A stretch of DNA of 63,912 bases, from the NCBI RefSeq assembly GCF_001194135.2, contig NC_068989.1, positions 74,126,622 through 74,190,533 on the forward strand, written 5' to 3'. This document shows positions 62,702-63,912 of this stretch, piece by piece. The notes beneath the pieces are model-generated. The model ran no database searches. It was given only the letters and a program-made list of their open reading frames with translations, and was not told the origin of the DNA. Each line of letters begins with the position of its first letter. The first letter of the stretch is position 1. The stretch is from Octopus bimaculoides. Lineage: Eukaryota. Both the position numbers and the translations under genes were made by a program.

Positions 62702-63901
62702 TGGTTTTCATGTTTTTTATTTTTATATTTTAAAAAAAATTGGGGGGAAATGTTGAAGTGTATTAAACGTTAAAAAAAATATTTTGCAATGTTCATAAAG
62801 TTCAATTAGCGATTCCATTCGTTCGTATTAATCATTAGGTTTCAAAATGTATTGAGTGACAGTTGAGTTGATTGCTTGATAAATGCAGTAAAATGATTGA
62901 CTTTTTCCTTTTTATATAACTTTGTTGGCTTCGATCGTTTTCATTTAAATCGGTGGGAGTCTTCTGTAATTTGTTTACATTCATATGTTAAAGATATTTT
63001 TTAATCCACATCATTAACTGGTTGTTATATTATTGATGTTATTTCCGTTCAAAACAGGTTTGGACATTATAATAAAACGTTTTTCTTTTATCTTTCTTCC
63101 AAATTCACTTGTGTCATGTAGTTTGCGAAAAGGAAAAATTAGAGACATTTTCTGAACACATGTTTCTATATGTTTACTCGATGGAACTAGGTGAACATTA
63201 GTGTTCAAGATTTGTTGTTTCACGTGTTCACCGACAACAAATTCGGAACTCTAATTTTCGCCGAATTCCGTTGAGCGACATAGAGAAATAAGTGGTCAGA
63301 AAATGTTTCTAATTCTTCCTTTCCACAAAGTACATGACATAAATGAGGTTAGTAGAAAGATAAAAGACAAACGTTTCATTAAAATGTCCAAACATTTTCT
63401 GAACGGAAATAACAACAATAATATAACAACGAGTTAATGATGTGGATTAAAAATTACCTTTAACATATGAATGTACACAGACTACAGAAGACAATCACCG
63501 ATTGAAATAAAAAACGATCGAAACAACTAAGATTGCTAACTCATAAAACCATTATATGTAAACCGCAAGCTAATTGGTTAAAATAAAGGCGGGAACTAGG
63601 CCGGTAATATCGGTGCGGCCGGCAAACACTGGTATTAATACTGCATACTAATTGGTCAAATACGTATTCGGAATGTTCAGCTTGTCGGAGCCTTCGAAAA
63701 GGAAGAAGAAATCAGTCATTTTACTGTTGTTAAGAGCGCAACTGTCAGTTAAATACATTTTGAAATCTGATGATTAATACGGACGTATGGAAGCGCTAAT
63801 TGAACTTTATGATCATTACAAAATATTTTCTTAATGCTTAACACACGTCAACATTGTAAATTTTTGTTTTTTAAATGCAATAATAAAAAATGTGAAAACC
63901 A
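62702..63901. repeat. ~1.2-kb imperfect palindrome / fold-back element
   Basis: Left arm 62702-63218 aligns by eye to the reverse complement of 63234-63901 (e.g. ataaagttcaattagcg, tacattcatatgttaaag, ttaatccacatcattaact, atttgttgt); 15-nt spacer 63219-63233; about 160 extra bp in the right arm (about 63536-63696). Confidence 0.93.
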
Positions 63902-63912
63902 GACCATGTTGT

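Overview
AT-rich, microsatellite-dense eukaryotic DNA from a gapped short-read assembly (15 N-gaps, most flanked by simple repeats). The repeat content (several tRNA-derived SINE families, R4/Dong and RTE LINE ends, Penelope-like tails) looks like an octopus/coleoid cephalopod genome; this is inference from recognised repeat motifs, not a database match. No intact protein-coding gene is supported. Almost all long ORFs in the track come from microsatellites or N-gaps. The window is intergenic or intronic and full of decayed mobile elements: about 25 SINE copies or fragments, Tc1/mariner relics with DD34D-, DD37D- and DD41D-type spacing, a mariner MITE, a hATm-like relic, CR1-, RTE- and R4/Dong-type LINE 3' ends, a probable solo LTR, and Penelope-like fragments. 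The most notable structures are: (1) a bulge-free 28-position pre-miRNA-like hairpin at 8863-8924 whose G:U pairs favour the + strand; (2) a ~1.2 kb fold-back palindrome at 62702-63901; (3) four degenerate minimal hammerhead-ribozyme motifs, three of them in Penelope-like tails; (4) a Naiad-type Penelope-like fragment apparently joined to an inverted piece; (5) a perfect 17-bp hairpin that reads as two hATm-like termini separated by exactly 9 bp; (6) a few isolated + strand exon-like signals. All protein assignments are by-eye motif recognition and need profile searches to confirm.
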